Source: Negaprion brevirostris (taxonomy: Eukaryota). Taken from it: 64,000 bases of DNA. Where the stretch lies: NCBI GenBank assembly GCA_030324005.1, contig JARDVH010000193.1, forward strand, positions 94,808,905 to 94,872,904, read 5' to 3'. This document shows positions 1-14,100 of the stretch, in pieces (within the stretch, counting starts at the first letter, position 1; the number at the start of each line of letters is the position of its first letter). The translations under genes and the position numbers were made by a program. A model generated the notes under the pieces. The model was given only the letters and a program-made list of their open reading frames with translations, did not search any database and had not been told where the DNA came from.

Positions 1-512
1 GAGAGGGAGGTCTAGGATTTCACCCAGTGACAGTGAAGAAACAGCGATATATTTCCAAGTCAGGAAGGTTTGGAGTGGAACTTGCAGGTTGTGGTGTGTC
101 AGCTGTCCTTGTTCTTCTGGACGGCAGTGGTTGTGGGTTTAGAAAGTGTTGTCTAAAGAACCTTGCTGAGTTGCTGCAGTGCATCTTGTAGATGGTACAC
201 ATCGTTGCCACAGTTTGTTTTGCAGTAAAGGGATTGAATATTTGTGGAAGGGGTAGCAATCAAATGGACTGTGTTGTCCTGGATGGTGTTAACCTTCCTG
301 AGTGTTGTTGAAGCTGCACGTATCCAGGCAATGGAAAGTATTCCATTATGCTCTTGACTGAGGCTTGTAGAAGGTAGACAGACATTTGGGGAATAAGGAG
401 ATGAGATTCTCGCTGCAGGATTCTTGGTGTTTAACCTGCTCTGGTCACCACGGTATTTATCTGACTAGCTCAGTTCAGTTTCTGGTCAATGGTAACCCCA
501 GGATGTTGATGT
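1..512 (-). mobile_element. Decayed 3' fragment of a CR1-group LINE (same family as 6915-7470 and 59000-59940)
   Basis: Similar to the other copies in the window (gatatatttccaagtcagga..., tggtcaatggtaacccccaggatgttgat). No intact ORF. Confidence 0.75.
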
Positions 513-699
513 GTGACCTGAGAGGGAGATCTGTGGTTTGTGCTTCCACTGCACCAAAGGGAAGTGAAATGTCACAGTAGGTTGGGGGTATGTCACAAGG
601 CAGGACAACTTTAACTGACTGATGCAGACCTGTTCAGCAGCATCTCTTTGTGCCTCCAAATTTTTCTCCTCTCTTGGCACATGCTTATGCTCTTCTCCC

Positions 700-1460
700 A
701 GTGAACTATTTCCTTTCAGGGCCTTACCATTTTCAAGGTCCACCCCTCTCTCAGGAAGACTATTTCGTGGAGAACACTGCAGACCACCACAATACGAGAG
801 CATACTAGGGGACATGACCAAACTAGTCCAGGCACAGGAATCACATTTTCTAGCACTTGATGACTTGTTGAGAAGTGGTCCTGTTGAGCAGGTGGCTTTG
901 GTTGATTCATACCTGTACTTCTGTCCTGGGCTCCTATAGAGCCTATCTCTGCAATGGATTTCCCTTGTTCTCTAGGAGTCACAGTGTTTGGGGTGATGCA
1001 ATAAAGATCTGAGGCAGTCCGGACTTGAAGAGGGTGAAGCAATCGTGCAGCTGCCAGGAAAGTGAACATCCACATGCGGCAAGCTCACAAAACAGTTCAA
1101 CACTGAGAGGGTGAAAACCTTTCCTGTTGTTGAATTTGATGGCATCAATGGAATCCTGCACCTGTTGAAATCCAGCAATGGATGCAAAACCCAATGCCCT
1201 TTATTTGTACATGGCCATGCTTGCAATAATTGAATGTGCTGTCCAGCTCTGGTAAAGAAGGCATCGGTGAGAGGTGGTGATGTACTTCTGTTTTTGAACT
1301 AACACTGATCTTAGGAAAGAACCAGAAGTGAATGAATTCAAGGCCATAATGGCTTTGACAGCCACTGGCATGTTGACCAGTGCTGTGAGGGCATCGATGT
1401 CTGTGACCATCTGCCTGGCAAGTCACAGTGTTGGATCCTTTGTTAAGGGTTTGGTTTCAT
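700..1460 (-). mobile_element. Degenerate PIF/Harbinger DDE transposase remnant
   Basis: Minus-strand fragments appear in the expected order across several frames: PVAVKAIMALNSFTSGSF, FASIAGFQQVQDSIDA, FNNRKGFHPLSVELFCE, then SRIVVVCSVLH. These resemble Harbinger/HARBI1 motifs. Frameshifted. Confidence 0.75.
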
Positions 1461-2086
1461 TGCTTTCCTGCCCTTTATTTGTCTCCTGTGCCCTCTTAAT
1501 GCCTGTGTTTCTGCCCATCCAGCAATGGCACTGTGCCTGAAATCTTACTATTGTGTCGTCCTTGTTGCAAGTTGGCTCCTCCCTCTGGACTAATGGTTGT
1601 CCAAGTGTTTTTGACAGCCTCACTCCTGCTCTTCTGTTGGGGGTTGATGGGAATGTAGAACTTGAAACACAAACCGATCAACCATGATCTTATCAAATGT
1701 TGGAGCAAGCTCAAGGGGCCAAATGGCCTAATTGTCCTATTTTGTATATTGGTAAATGTTTGAGTAACCTGAGGTAGACTGGACACTTCACGGGATTGAG
1801 AATGGTAGCCTTAAGTGCATGCATGAGTTTGCATGATATACAATGAGCAATGATCTGATCCAGATAGCCACTGTCTGTAGGGTGGCTTTGGTGTGTATTA
1901 TTTCACCATTTAGCTTGCAAGGTGAGTAAATGGTTCAGGCCCTTTTTTTTTACAAGGTTGCCTATCAAGCTAATTGGAAATTTCCAAGGTTAGCCCACTC
2001 AAGGTACAGTTTCATTAGCCCTTTTGTAGTGTATTGTTGATCTTCAGTTCATGTCCCCTAACTAATCCCTATGTTTTTACTTCTAG

Positions 2087-2139
2087 GCCAGTATGGTTCA
2101 TTCTCTGATTGCCTCTTATGGATTGCTGAAATACATGAG
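2087..2139 (+). CDS. HDAC8: HDAC8 exon 2 ([18 protein letters not shown])
   Basis: ttctag| acceptor, |gtacag donor, 53 nt. Retains the Ser39-equivalent residue. Confidence 0.93.
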
Positions 2140-5100
2140 GTACAGCTATTTTGTTTATCAGAATTAACTGTTTAGGTATGAAGTTCATGCTTGCCTTTGC
2201 TGCCGCTGAGCAGGACCGGTTGCACGTACCCACTCTATCAGTCGTCGTAGATGCAGTTTCTCCCACTGCTGACAATACTGTGTGCCTGTTACCGCCTCTG
2301 CTTGCCACTCCTTTACTGCCTCTTTCTCTCACTGCACCTCTCCCAAGCTCATCACCTCACGCAGCCCCCCCTTCTGAACCCTGACTACCCATTTTCCAGT
2401 TCTTGCTTACCAACTGTTCTGGGTGCTCACCAGCAAGGGCTCAGGATAAGGCAGTGAGGGGTTGAGAGAGGGGCAGCGAGTTGAGGTGGATAACTGATGC
2501 ACCACATAATGTCTGCCCCACATAATTATGACACTTTGCATAATACAATAAATATACTCCTCACTCCAGCCAAAGCCATGTGATCTCTTGAGAGAGGAAA
2601 ACAAATAAATAAAAACACAAGCCAATTGCGGATGAGTGGGTGTAAAATCCTGAGGGATTTCCCTTCGTCCTCTCCACTTCACTCAAAGTGATTAAAACTA
2701 GACCAGGCAAATCCTTTGGTTCTGATAATTCCTTGCAGTCTGGCTTTTTGAGGAGACTTTTACCCCAGCTACTGTTTGAATGAAGACAGTGAATCAGCGT
2801 TCATCACACAAGCCTCTTCCAGATGTCCTCTATCCTCTAGGAAAAGTATGGCCTTCTGACATATAGATCTGACCACTTAAAATTAAAATCATGACCCCCC
2901 TCATCCTCTCAAATCAATTTAATTAGAACAAATCATCAGCTGTAATGCAGTGTAGTCCCTTCATCACCTGTTTAACATGGATTTGGTCACCCCTAAGTCT
3001 ACCCTTCTCTAACATAGCATCCAAATTTTTAAAATCTAACTTGATAACTTCTAAATTGAGAATTAGTCCTACAGTTTTCCTTTGTATGCTTTCCGATATG
3101 ACCCACCATGGGAGGAGACCAAACTGGACAGGACATGCCAACTGATGCCTGCTCAAAGTTTGCTTTATCTTGTAATCATTTGTCTTGTCAATAAGCTGCA
3201 ACACCCTATTTGCTCTCCCCATTGTTCTGCAGTATTGCTTCTGAACCTTCAGAGATCAAAAGCAAAACACTGCAAATCTGAAATAAACCAATGGGTCTGG
3301 CAGCATTTGTGGAGACAGAAATAGAGGTTACGTTTCAGGTCTGTGATTTTTCATCTGAACCTTTAGAAGCCTGTGTGTATAAAAACAGCCGGGTCTGTCT
3401 CTATCTCAATCTTCTTGAATGTTTTTCCCTGAAGGGTATAGGTCTGTTGAGCATTCACATGCAAGACATTACATTTATTCAAGTTAAATATTATTCGCCA
3501 AACATGAGCCCAATCTGAGATTTCAAAACTTTTCCAGGAAACTAAAAGGGAAATTGAGAAAGGAAACTGAACCTACCAGTTTCTAAGGAAACTGAAATTG
3601 ATATTAGGAACCAAAATTTCACTGGACACAGCCATCAGAGCTCAGAAGGTGATTCCAATGGTGCAGTGCAGGGCAGGCTGAATAAGATAGAGGCCAGATC
3701 CAGAAGGGGCAAATGTGCAGTTGCTGTTACTGAAGATAACATTGGTGAATCAACACCATCCAGAACCCTGAGGAGGTTGTGTAGGTGAGTACCAATTTTT
3801 GGTGGAGACCATATCCATGGAATTTGGGTTGGTTGCATGCAGTTGTCAGCTGGGGATCAATCAGAGAAGAAGTGGAACTGAAATTCTTCTTGCGAAAGAC
3901 AGAGGGTGGGATTCTCCCAAAAAAAATTCTAAATGTTGAATTTGCATAAAAACTGGAGTAACTCCTGCTGTTTTTTAGCGGGATTTTCAAAATGAATTTT
4001 CCACACTCTGTGCACTGCAGAGTGCGCTAGCGTGAATATCATTAAAAATCAGTGGGCGAGGCCTATTCCCGCAGGAGAGGTCAGCAGCGTAATGCCAAGT
4101 GGGCCACTGCACAAGCACCAGTCTGTCATAGGGGAGATTGACACGTGCAGCAGCCCCCACTGCCGATCTCCCGATCACTGGCCAGCTCGATTGTTGGCCA
4201 ACCCTGCCCCAGTTGCTGGCCATGCGACCCCTGGGCATTGCTAAGTGGCCAGGTTGGCAGTGTCAAGCTGGCAATGCTGGAGGCACCCACCACACCCCTA
4301 TCTCCTGGAGGGCAGTCATCTCGATGGCTCCCCCTTCATTCCAGCAGGATCGGGCTAATGAGGAGCTGTTTCAAACTTCGCTGGAATCTACAGGCCTGAA
4401 GACTTCAGTCCCAGGTTCCCTATTAATATTTAAATCATTTATGCAGCTTCTTGCTGATTTCTGATGTGGAGCTAATGATGTCAGAGACGCGCAGAGGCCG
4501 TGGTGCATAGCGAGAAGCCCTCTACGTGACCTCCGCTTGAGTCTCCTGGCCCCTAAAGCAGTGCAATGCACTGGGAGAATTATCCCTACGATTTTGAAGG
4601 ACTTTATGCCTGGGATTGATGACATAGGTTGAGTGGAATACAGAACCAATTTGCAAGATCTATCTTAGTTGTATCTATCATTTAACATGTAAATTAAAAT
4701 CAATTGCAATTTCTCAATTCATGCCTAACTTCTGATAATTTTGGTTTTTGGAATATACATATGTAGTTACCTAAAATAGTATTTAGTGCTTGGTTTGTTT
4801 GACTTGTGTGTAACAAAAGTTCATTAGGTTTAAGCTGCGGAGTCTTATAGTTTCATCCTTTCATTAGATAACTGGGATTTTGTATTTCTTCAAAAAAATT
4901 CCTAGTCTCAACTAAGATTCTAACAATTCCCCAACACCTCAAGATCCACTTAAAGCATCATCTGTAGTCCTGACACTCAGATCTTAGTTTCTTCAGCAGA
5001 TTTGCAGATCATGCTCTCAACACTTACATTTACATCATTAATAGTAATCGGCAACAGTGCCAATGCCGACCCCTGTGGTATCCAGTTTCCAAACAACTCT

Positions 5101-8100
5101 ATCTATAACTACTTCCTGCCAATTTCCTTGCAGCCAGTTCTCCATCCAGGATGATATATTGTCACTAATACCTCAGTCTTATGAGAAACTTCTTGTTTGG
5201 AACGTTGTCAAATGATTTCTTGAAATCTGAGCATCCCTCATCCAACATCTTAGTGACTTCTTCAAATAATAGAGGTTGTGAGACATGACCTTCTTTGAAA
5301 ACATGTTGGATGTCTGTAATATGTTTCTCTCCAAGTAATTATATGTTGCATCCTGAATGATTCATTCAAACATTATTCCTGTCAAAGTAATGGCCTTGTA
5401 TTTTGCCGATTTCTACCTTTTCTCATTCTTTTAAAGATAACGTTAGCCTCTTTCCGTTCTTTGGGAAGCATTCCAGGATGCAGTGAGCTGGTATAAATAT
5501 GGGCAGTGGGCTTACATAGCATTCATTCCATGTTGCTGTGGCTCCTCTGGTGGATACCAGCTGACTCAGCTGCTCTTATCCATTCTCAGGTTCTTAATCT
5601 AAAATAATATGCTCATCTAATCTTATAATACCAATTTTATTAGTGTTATCTTTTCATTTGAAGAGCAGAACATCATCATAATGAGTGAAGACCGATGCAA
5701 GATACGCCATTTATATTTCCACTATACTCAGAGTATCAACTATCCTTGAGCATCCTTTGGTGGCTCGATAGTCTTTTGTGTAACTGAAAGGCTTTTCCCA
5801 TTACTCCCACAATTGTCTACAATACACTCCCCAAGTATTTTCTTTAGCTCTCCAGCTAGGGTGTAGTTCCATAGGTGCCCAATCTCCTCCTACAAAATCT
5901 GAGTGATGCCCCATGTATGAATATAAACCATAAGTGTTAGCAGATTGCACTCCGTGGAGGACTCTGTGCTAAACCAAGACTGACCCTCATCACTCCAGCT
6001 CAGTCTATTGTATAGTGATCAGTGCAGGGCCCCGGCTTACAGCTTTCTCTAAGCATAGATACTGACATCAGTTCTAGCAGCCCAGTTTTTTAAATTCAAT
6101 CTTGGATGTGAGTGTCGATGGCTAGGCCTGCATTTATTACCCATCTGATTTGATTTATTATTGTCCTGTATTAGGATACAATGAAAAGTATTTTTCTTGC
6201 ACACTATTCAGCCAAAGCATACTGTTCGTAGGGAAGGAGAGAGCTTTTTAACTATAGCATCCGAGAGATTGCAGTGCCACAGTCATAGCTAGGGTGTAGG
6301 TAAAGATCAATTTAATGTGAGGTAGGTCCATTCAAAAGTCTGTTGGCAGCACGAAGAAGCAGTTTTTGAGTCAATTGGCATATGTCCTTAGACTTTTGTA
6401 TCTCTTTCCTGATGGCAGAAGGTGGAAGAGAGAATGTCAGGGGTGCATGGGGTCCTTGATTATGCTATCTGCTTTTCTGAGGCAGCGGAAAGTGTAGACA
6501 GAGTCAATAGATGGGAGGCTGGTTTGCTCCATTCATGACCCTTTGTAATTTCCTGCACTCTTGGGCAGAGCAGGAACCACACCAAGCTCTGGCACAACTG
6601 GAAAGAGTGCTTTCTATGGTGCATCTGTAGAAGTTGGTGAGAGTTGTAGCAGACATGCCAAATTTTCTTAGTCTCTTGAGAAAGTAGAGGCATAGGTGGG
6701 CTTTCTTAACTATGGTGTCTGCATGGAGGGACCAGGACAGGTTGTTGGTCACCTGGACACCTAAAAACTTGAAGCTTTTGACCATTTCTACTTCATCCCC
6801 ATTGATGTAAACATAGGAGTGTTCTCCGCTATGCTGCTTGAAGTCGATGGCTATCTGTTTTGTTGACATTGAAGGAGATTGTCGTCACCCCAGCTCACCG
6901 GATTCTCTACCTCTTGCTCTTGAAGATGTGGTGATTAGCTGCCTTCTTGATCCACTGCAGTCCATGTGGTATAGGTACACCCACAGTTGGGAAGGGTATT
7001 TCAGGATTTTGACAGTAAGGGGATAGTGATATATTTCCAAGTCAGAATGATGGGTTGCTTGGAAGAGAACTTCCAGATGGTGGTGTTCTGTTGCCTATGT
7101 CCTTCTAGATGTAGTGGTAGTGAGTTCGAAAGGTTATATCTAAGGAACGTTTTTGAGTTCCTGTAGTGCACATTGTAGATGGTATGCACTGCTGCCACTG
7201 TTCGGTGGTGGAGGGAGTGAATTTTTGTTGGAGGTGCCATTCAAGCAGGCTGGCTCGTTCTGCATAATGTGAAGCTTCTTTAGTGTTGTTGGAGCTGCAT
7301 TCATTTCGACAAGGAGACCATATTCCATCACATCCCTGACTTGCACCTTATAGATGGTGGACAGCTTTAGAGAGTCAGGAGGTGAGTTACTCTGGAGGGA
7401 TTCCTTGCCTCTGCTCTTGTAACCACTGTGTTTATATGGCTAGTTAAGTTCCGTTTCTGATCGGTGGAGAAAGAGGCAGAGATGGATCATCCACTGTTGG
7501 AAATGCAGGCAAGTGGAGAATATTCTATCCCACTCTTGACTTGATGCCTTGCTGTGACCAGTCACCCCTCACTGGCCAGGAATCCATTCTGGAGTCTTAT
7601 TGTCTCTGAACAACAAAGGTAGGCATTTGTGAAAATAATTCATGACTCACACCAAAGATGCATCACTGTGAGGAAGGAGGATTCTAGGAATGGTACAAAG
7701 CAACTATGGTTAACCAAGTAAGTTGAGGATAGTATTAAACTAAAAGAAAACACAATGTACCAACGATTTGTGGCAAACCAGAGGTTTTGGGAAAGTTTTG
7801 ATGGTTTTTAAAAGATAACCAAGAAATAAAAAGTGGGAGCAGATAAACTAAGGGTAAACCAGCAACCAATTTAAAAGCAAGGCAGTATGAACTTTAAATA
7901 AATAAGAAGGAAGAGAGACACCAAAGCGAACAGAGGCCACATGCAGAATGAGACTGGGGAAATAATGGGAAACCAAGAAATGGCAGAGGAATTAAAGTCT
8001 TCGTAGTGGAGGACACTAATAACATTGGGGCAAAAAAATGCAAGAACTAGCAATAGAGATATAGTATCAAGGAAACTAATGAGGCTAAAGGTTGATAAGT

Positions 8101-11100
8101 TCCCTGAATCTAATGGATTGCATCTTAGGATATTAAAGGAGATAGCTATAGAGTTAGATGCAGTGATATAAATCTTGCAAAAATACTTCAATGCTGATTG
8201 GAAAGCTGCCAATGTTATACCTTTTTTCAAAAAGGGAGGGAAAAAGGTAACTATAGGCCAGTTAGCTTAACATTTGTCATTGGGAAAATGTTAACCATTC
8301 TAACGGATGTAATAGAGCATTTAGAAATATGTTGTTATAATTCTTTTAAGGCAGTAACAAACAGGTTAAAGGGGAACCAGCAGATGTAATATGGTTCAAA
8401 AAGTATTTGATAAGGTACCACACAAAAGGCGAGCTCATTTAAGAGCCCATGTGTTGAAAGGAATAGCATGGATAAAGGGTTGTCTTATCTAGAGAATTGG
8501 GATGAGGCTGGCAACTTGTAACTGATGGAGTGCCCCAGGGATCAGCGCTAGGACCACAATTGTTTGCAATATATATCAATGACTTGGACATAGGAAATGA
8601 ATGTACTATTGCCAAGTTTATGGATGACAAAAATGGGTGGGAAGGCAAGTGGTGAGGATGACAGTGTCTACAGAGGTTTATAGACAATGGGCAAAAACTT
8701 GGCAGATGGAATATAATGTCAGAAAATGTGAAGTTATGCACTTTGGTAAGAAGAATAAAGGAGCTGAATTTTTTTTGAATTGAGAAAGAGTGCATCACAG
8801 AAGGAATTGGGGGCCTTCATTCATAAAGCTAGCATGAAAGTTCAGCAGCTACTNNNNNNNNNNNNNNNNNNNNNNNNNNNNNNNNNNNNNNNNNNNNNNN
8901 NNNNNNNNNNNNNNNNNNNNNNNNNNNNNNNNNNNNNNNNNNNNNNNNNNNNNTTGATGCTTTTATTGTTTGCAACAGAGTAGTCAAACCCCGAGTAGCT
9001 TCTATGGAAGAAATGGCAATGTTCCATACAGATGCCTACTTGGAACATTTACGGAAAGTGAGTGAGGATGGTGATGATGATGATCCTGAGTCTGCAGAGT
9101 ATGGACTAGGTGAGCAGTCTGACTGTCTCTTTTGAATGTTTTTGCTTTTCCTTTATAATTTTAATCTTCTGACAGATTGTCACCATTAAGAACCTTGAGC
9201 TATAATAAGTCAGATGTAAAGTACTTTGCAGTCTGCACTAATGCCAATGGTGCATCAATGTGACTTGTGCATTTTCGTCCTAGCCGTATCTGTGGCCTCT
9301 TGAGTAATCCTGCTAACCAAATAAAAGAATAGTGCTGAATTAATGCACATGATGGTGATGATCAAGGAAAGTAAGATCAGGTTTGTGCTTTANNNNNNNN
9401 NNTACCTTTATGATCGATTTGAGATTACTGAATTCCTGCCCTGGAAACTTGTCATTGGCAGAGAGGAAACATTTGATTGCCATGGTCCCAGTTGGATACT
9501 AAACCAGGACGAAAGAGCAAAATTAATGAAATATTGCATTGGTTTATGTTATAGCACCTCCATTTTTCCTGTGGGTATCCTTGACTATTCTTCAATTTCC
9601 ATAAAGTGCAGATTGAACAGTGTGACCTATCCCCAAAACTCCACCTAAGTTGTTCTGGAACGAATTTCTGTCGGATTCTTCTAACTGGTATTCCTTCTCT
9701 TCATCGCTGCTTAGCAACTTCCCACTCAATGCAACTGAGCTCAGGAACTTGGGATGTTGGAAGAGTGATCACAGGGGTACAGTTTGTACCACATGGTGTT
9801 AGTATTCTGCTGTGCTTCTTGATTTATCAGTAATTCTGTTACTTTGATACCACAATCATTTGAGGTGTATAACAGTGCAATTTTATGGTGGCACCAGTTA
9901 TTTTAATACCCTGAATTTTCATTTGTTTCTTTAAATCTGTTTTGTCTCTAGTGATTATATGGCTAGTAGTAATGGAGAATTGGGAGTTATGTTGCTTAAC
10001 ATGGCTGAAAGGGACAGACTCAATGGTTTTTTTTTTCAGCTTTTCTGATGTCTTATAAAGGTATTTCATGTTCTAGTTGCTCCACAGGTTTTTTTTCCTT
10101 CTGATTAAGTCCCTATGTTTTGAAAGCTGAATTCAGATAAATCCAAGCTTTCTGCCAAGGTATGTACTGCTTGTATCCAGCTTTCTGGAAACTGTAGATA
10201 CATTAAGAATGATTTCATTTCTTCATCCCACAATGCATAATTCAATCAAGAAAGTAAAACATGCTGATTGAAAATGCAATTCATACAAGTAATGGGATTT
10301 AAATATGGAGGTGTGTGAAATATGTTTAAAAGTGAATGGGAAGTAGTCTAATATGCAGCGTTTTTATCCATTGGGTATAAATAATTTTCATTCATTGGGC
10401 AGGTTGCAGGTAGAATCTGCATTTGATTCTTCATGTTGCTTTCTTAAATAGTAGCGAATGAAGTTTTTGAATCAGCTTGATGCATTTCCTAATATCTATA
10501 TGTAATCTGTGTATGACTTTTACTTGGAAACAAATAGCTAACCAAACATTCATTTCTGAATCCTTTACCTTTCAGAAAATCTATTTAAATGTTATTGCTC
10601 GGAATCTTATAGATAACATTATTTCATTTTGCAATGATCCAGGGTTTAAGGTTTATGCAATTTTTGTACGTTGTTACTATCTGAATAATGGTTGATGGCG
10701 TACACTCCCAGTGGTTAACTGATTTAGGTAGACATTTGATATCAATGCATTCATCTGCATCTGATTGGAACGAATTTAGGAGCTGGAGAAGACCATTTAA
10801 AATAACTTTTGAGAAACAACTCTGGCAAGCTGTTGTCAAACCATTATATCATCCCCCTCAGTTGTGCACTGCTCGTTGCAATACTAATTAAAATTCCATA
10901 TTATAATTGTAGATTTAGAAGATGTATGCATAGAATGGGAGAATATTCCTATCAGCTTGCCAAATACAAATGTGTTACTGCCACAGGCCACTAGATGACA
11001 TTAATTGCCAATCTTTGGAAAGAACCAGGTTGCATGCTTCATTGCTGTAAGTACTAGTTAAAGATAGTATTAAAGGAGACAGTAGCTTCCAAGGTTATCT

Positions 11101-14100
11101 CATTTCAGGTGAATTTCAGAGCATAGATTTTTTTAAAAATTGGCAGAACGAAATTCATTTATTTAAGCTTTGCGCCACTTCTGTGGAGAAACTATGACTA
11201 GGCTGACATTCATGATTCCAAGGCTGGCTTTATGATTGCTGGTCCAGAGTGACACAGATTCCTAATTGTTAGTGATACCTCTCCGAGAAATAATGAATAT
11301 CGTTGAGGAAGATTACTTGAAACACCCAATAACCTTAATGCCTTGTATTCTTCTTCATTAGAGTGGCATCTGACCTTCCTTGGTGTCTCTGTAAAGTTTT
11401 ATGATTAAGATGCCTGTTGAGCATGAAACATGATGCTGCCTTGTCTAATGTAGTCGTATACCAAAGCATTTTATTGTTCGTTCACTGATGTTTTTTTCTT
11501 ATAAGTGTGAACTGCCAAAATTTATTCACATACTGGAAACTACATATATTAATACACAGCCCTGTTTTTTGCAGACAGAAAGAACCTGTACGCACTTTGC
11601 ATCTGTTTCAGCTATACAAAATAAGAGGTCATTTGCTGGTTCATTCAGGGCAATGCCTTGACTAATTAGGGTCAAGCTGCCTGATTTAAATTTCAAACAA
11701 TGCTTGGCAGTTAGCTATCAGTTACTGTCAACTGCTGCATTTTTCATGGCAACAGCTCTATCAATCAAGGTCCACTGTTTATCAGTCAGCAGATTCTCCT
11801 CTCACAGTGTAAATTTGTTGTCTCCCTTGGATTTATATTGTTGCGAAACATTCTGATGAGTAATTTGACAAAAAAAGTCCTTTCAGCAATACTCAAGTTC
11901 TTTCCTACCAAATAACAATGCAATAAAGCTTTACAGAATACAATGGATGTGTTTGGGCAAGGGGTTGGTGGGGAAAGGGCAGAGGAATGGGACTAAATGC
12001 ATAGTTGTTTCAGAGCACCAGTCTGATAGGCTGAATGTTTTCTGTGCTGTACTATTAATGATTTTATGGGAATATTAGTAAAGAGTTTTCCCGTGAAGAC
12101 ACAATAGCCTCTGAACATTCTATATTCATTCTGTAATGTAAGTTGACTTTCTTCTTGAATGGCAAGTCACAAAATGAAAAATAACTCTTTCAAAGTACTC
12201 ACTCACACATTGCAATGTTTATCTTAAAAGCACTAAAATAACAGACGAGTACATCCTGCATAGTCATCTACAAAATGTAGCCTGGCTCTTTCATTCAGAT
12301 TGCAACCAGACTAGCCCCTAGGTGTGAAACACTGGAAGATGTTACTTCATCATAAATGTATTAAAATTTACACACAAGTGAAAGTACAGGCTTACAGTGT
12401 ATGTTTTATATGGTCATGATCAACAAGTGAGCAAAGAACAGATTGCGTTCGTAATCTTTGATGCAATGCAACCCCTCCCATTCTGGGCCACCACACTATT
12501 TCCAGTTTCTTTGGAGATTTGATACTCAAGGAGTTAATCTTGTTTTACAGCAATACCTGGGACCAGTCTGAGTCTCAGAAAAACACCTCTTCATGGTTTC
12601 CTCGTGGTAACGAATTTGTGAAAAGCTCTGATTCTCCTGTCTGCTTGTGTCATTGCTGGAGCTGCCAAGCTATTCCCTGTTGCTAGGTGTTACACAGCCT
12701 CTCACTGTGCCTTGCAATACTCTATAGATAAGGATTAGCGTCAGTCAGGTTGTCTGAAAGCTGGGACCATTCCAGCAAAGAGGAATTTGAGCTCACAGAA
12801 CACTCATTATCTTTCACTTAAACCTGATCTAACAAAGGACCTTCTGTGGAACTGTTAGCAGCCAATATTGGAAAAAGACAAAAGCCAACCAGGCTGGTGT
12901 TTCCCACCCTGAAATCCCCCATTCTCTGGCTGCTAGTTGACTTTGGAAGAGGGGAACAAAAGCATTTCTGTTGCTTTTTATACAGCAGGATTCAGATCAT
13001 CTGTAGAAACGAAGCCTTCATGCTCTGATGTTGAATGAAATACGCAAGGGACGGTACAAAGTTTGGTGTCTCTACTTGGATGTAAATTTGCAATTTGTTG
13101 AAATCCTTCCTATTTCAGAATACACAATTTAAACTGTAATGTTTCTTTGCTGTTCCATGATGATGTAAACCATTCTGTACTGAAATATGGTTGTGTCCTG
13201 CAGTGCAAATGTTAACAAAGAGATACCCACAGATAAAGTGACCCAATCTCCCCATCGCGTACTGTCTCTTTCTACGTACTGCCTGAGATTCATATGGGTT
13301 TTAAGAAGGACAATTTTTTTAAAAAGCTTAATCAGAACAACTATAAATTATTTTGGTCCACAGTATGTGGTGTGGACTGGCCCAAGTAAAGTCTTTAAAA
13401 GGAGGGAGGCTTGCATTTTGGCAAAACACTACATTGAAATTAAGGCTCATGTTTTGAAACTAAAGAAAGTCAATTATCTCAAGCTGAGCTGCATTTTGAG
13501 CTCTTTAATATAAAGTAACTTCGTGCACTCTGCATGACAACTGGAATTTACTCCAAAGTGATGTGGGTTTGACTTGCACTCTGATTTTTATTTCTTTCCC
13601 ACGGGTTCCCCCTCAGGAGAGGGGAAATAGAAGGATTAGCTGCTTGAAGGAAAATTAGTTACGCTGGGATGGGAGGCTAAAGTATTGTGATGTGTCATCA
13701 GTGGTTAAATGATGAGCAGGAGAATATTGTATAAGGATAAACTGAAAATGGAAGTGGAGTTGATTTTATACAGTGAATAGCGAAACTGTACAGAATATGG
13801 TTCAATTTATCAGCCTGTGTTGGATTAGCTAATCTCAGCACCGGCAATGGTAGAGGTGCCATAGTTGGCTTTAGTTAGTTTTAACAACGATGGGTTATGA
13901 AAGGGAAAATAAATTAGAGCTCATTATCCTATTCTCCAACCTTTTGGCTAAGATTGAGCATCAGATAAAGCCCAAGATCAAGGTCCATGCCGTTTCTTGT
14001 CAGCCTGTATGTCTCTCATGTGAGGACCATTAATTAAATTAATTTTGAATTAGATTTTGGACCAAGCAAGGTGACGGATCAAGGGCTTGCCTTGTCCACT

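Noticed and set aside
700-1460. Domesticated HARBI1 gene
   Set aside because: The motifs are split across frames with stops and deletions, so it is a dead transposon copy.
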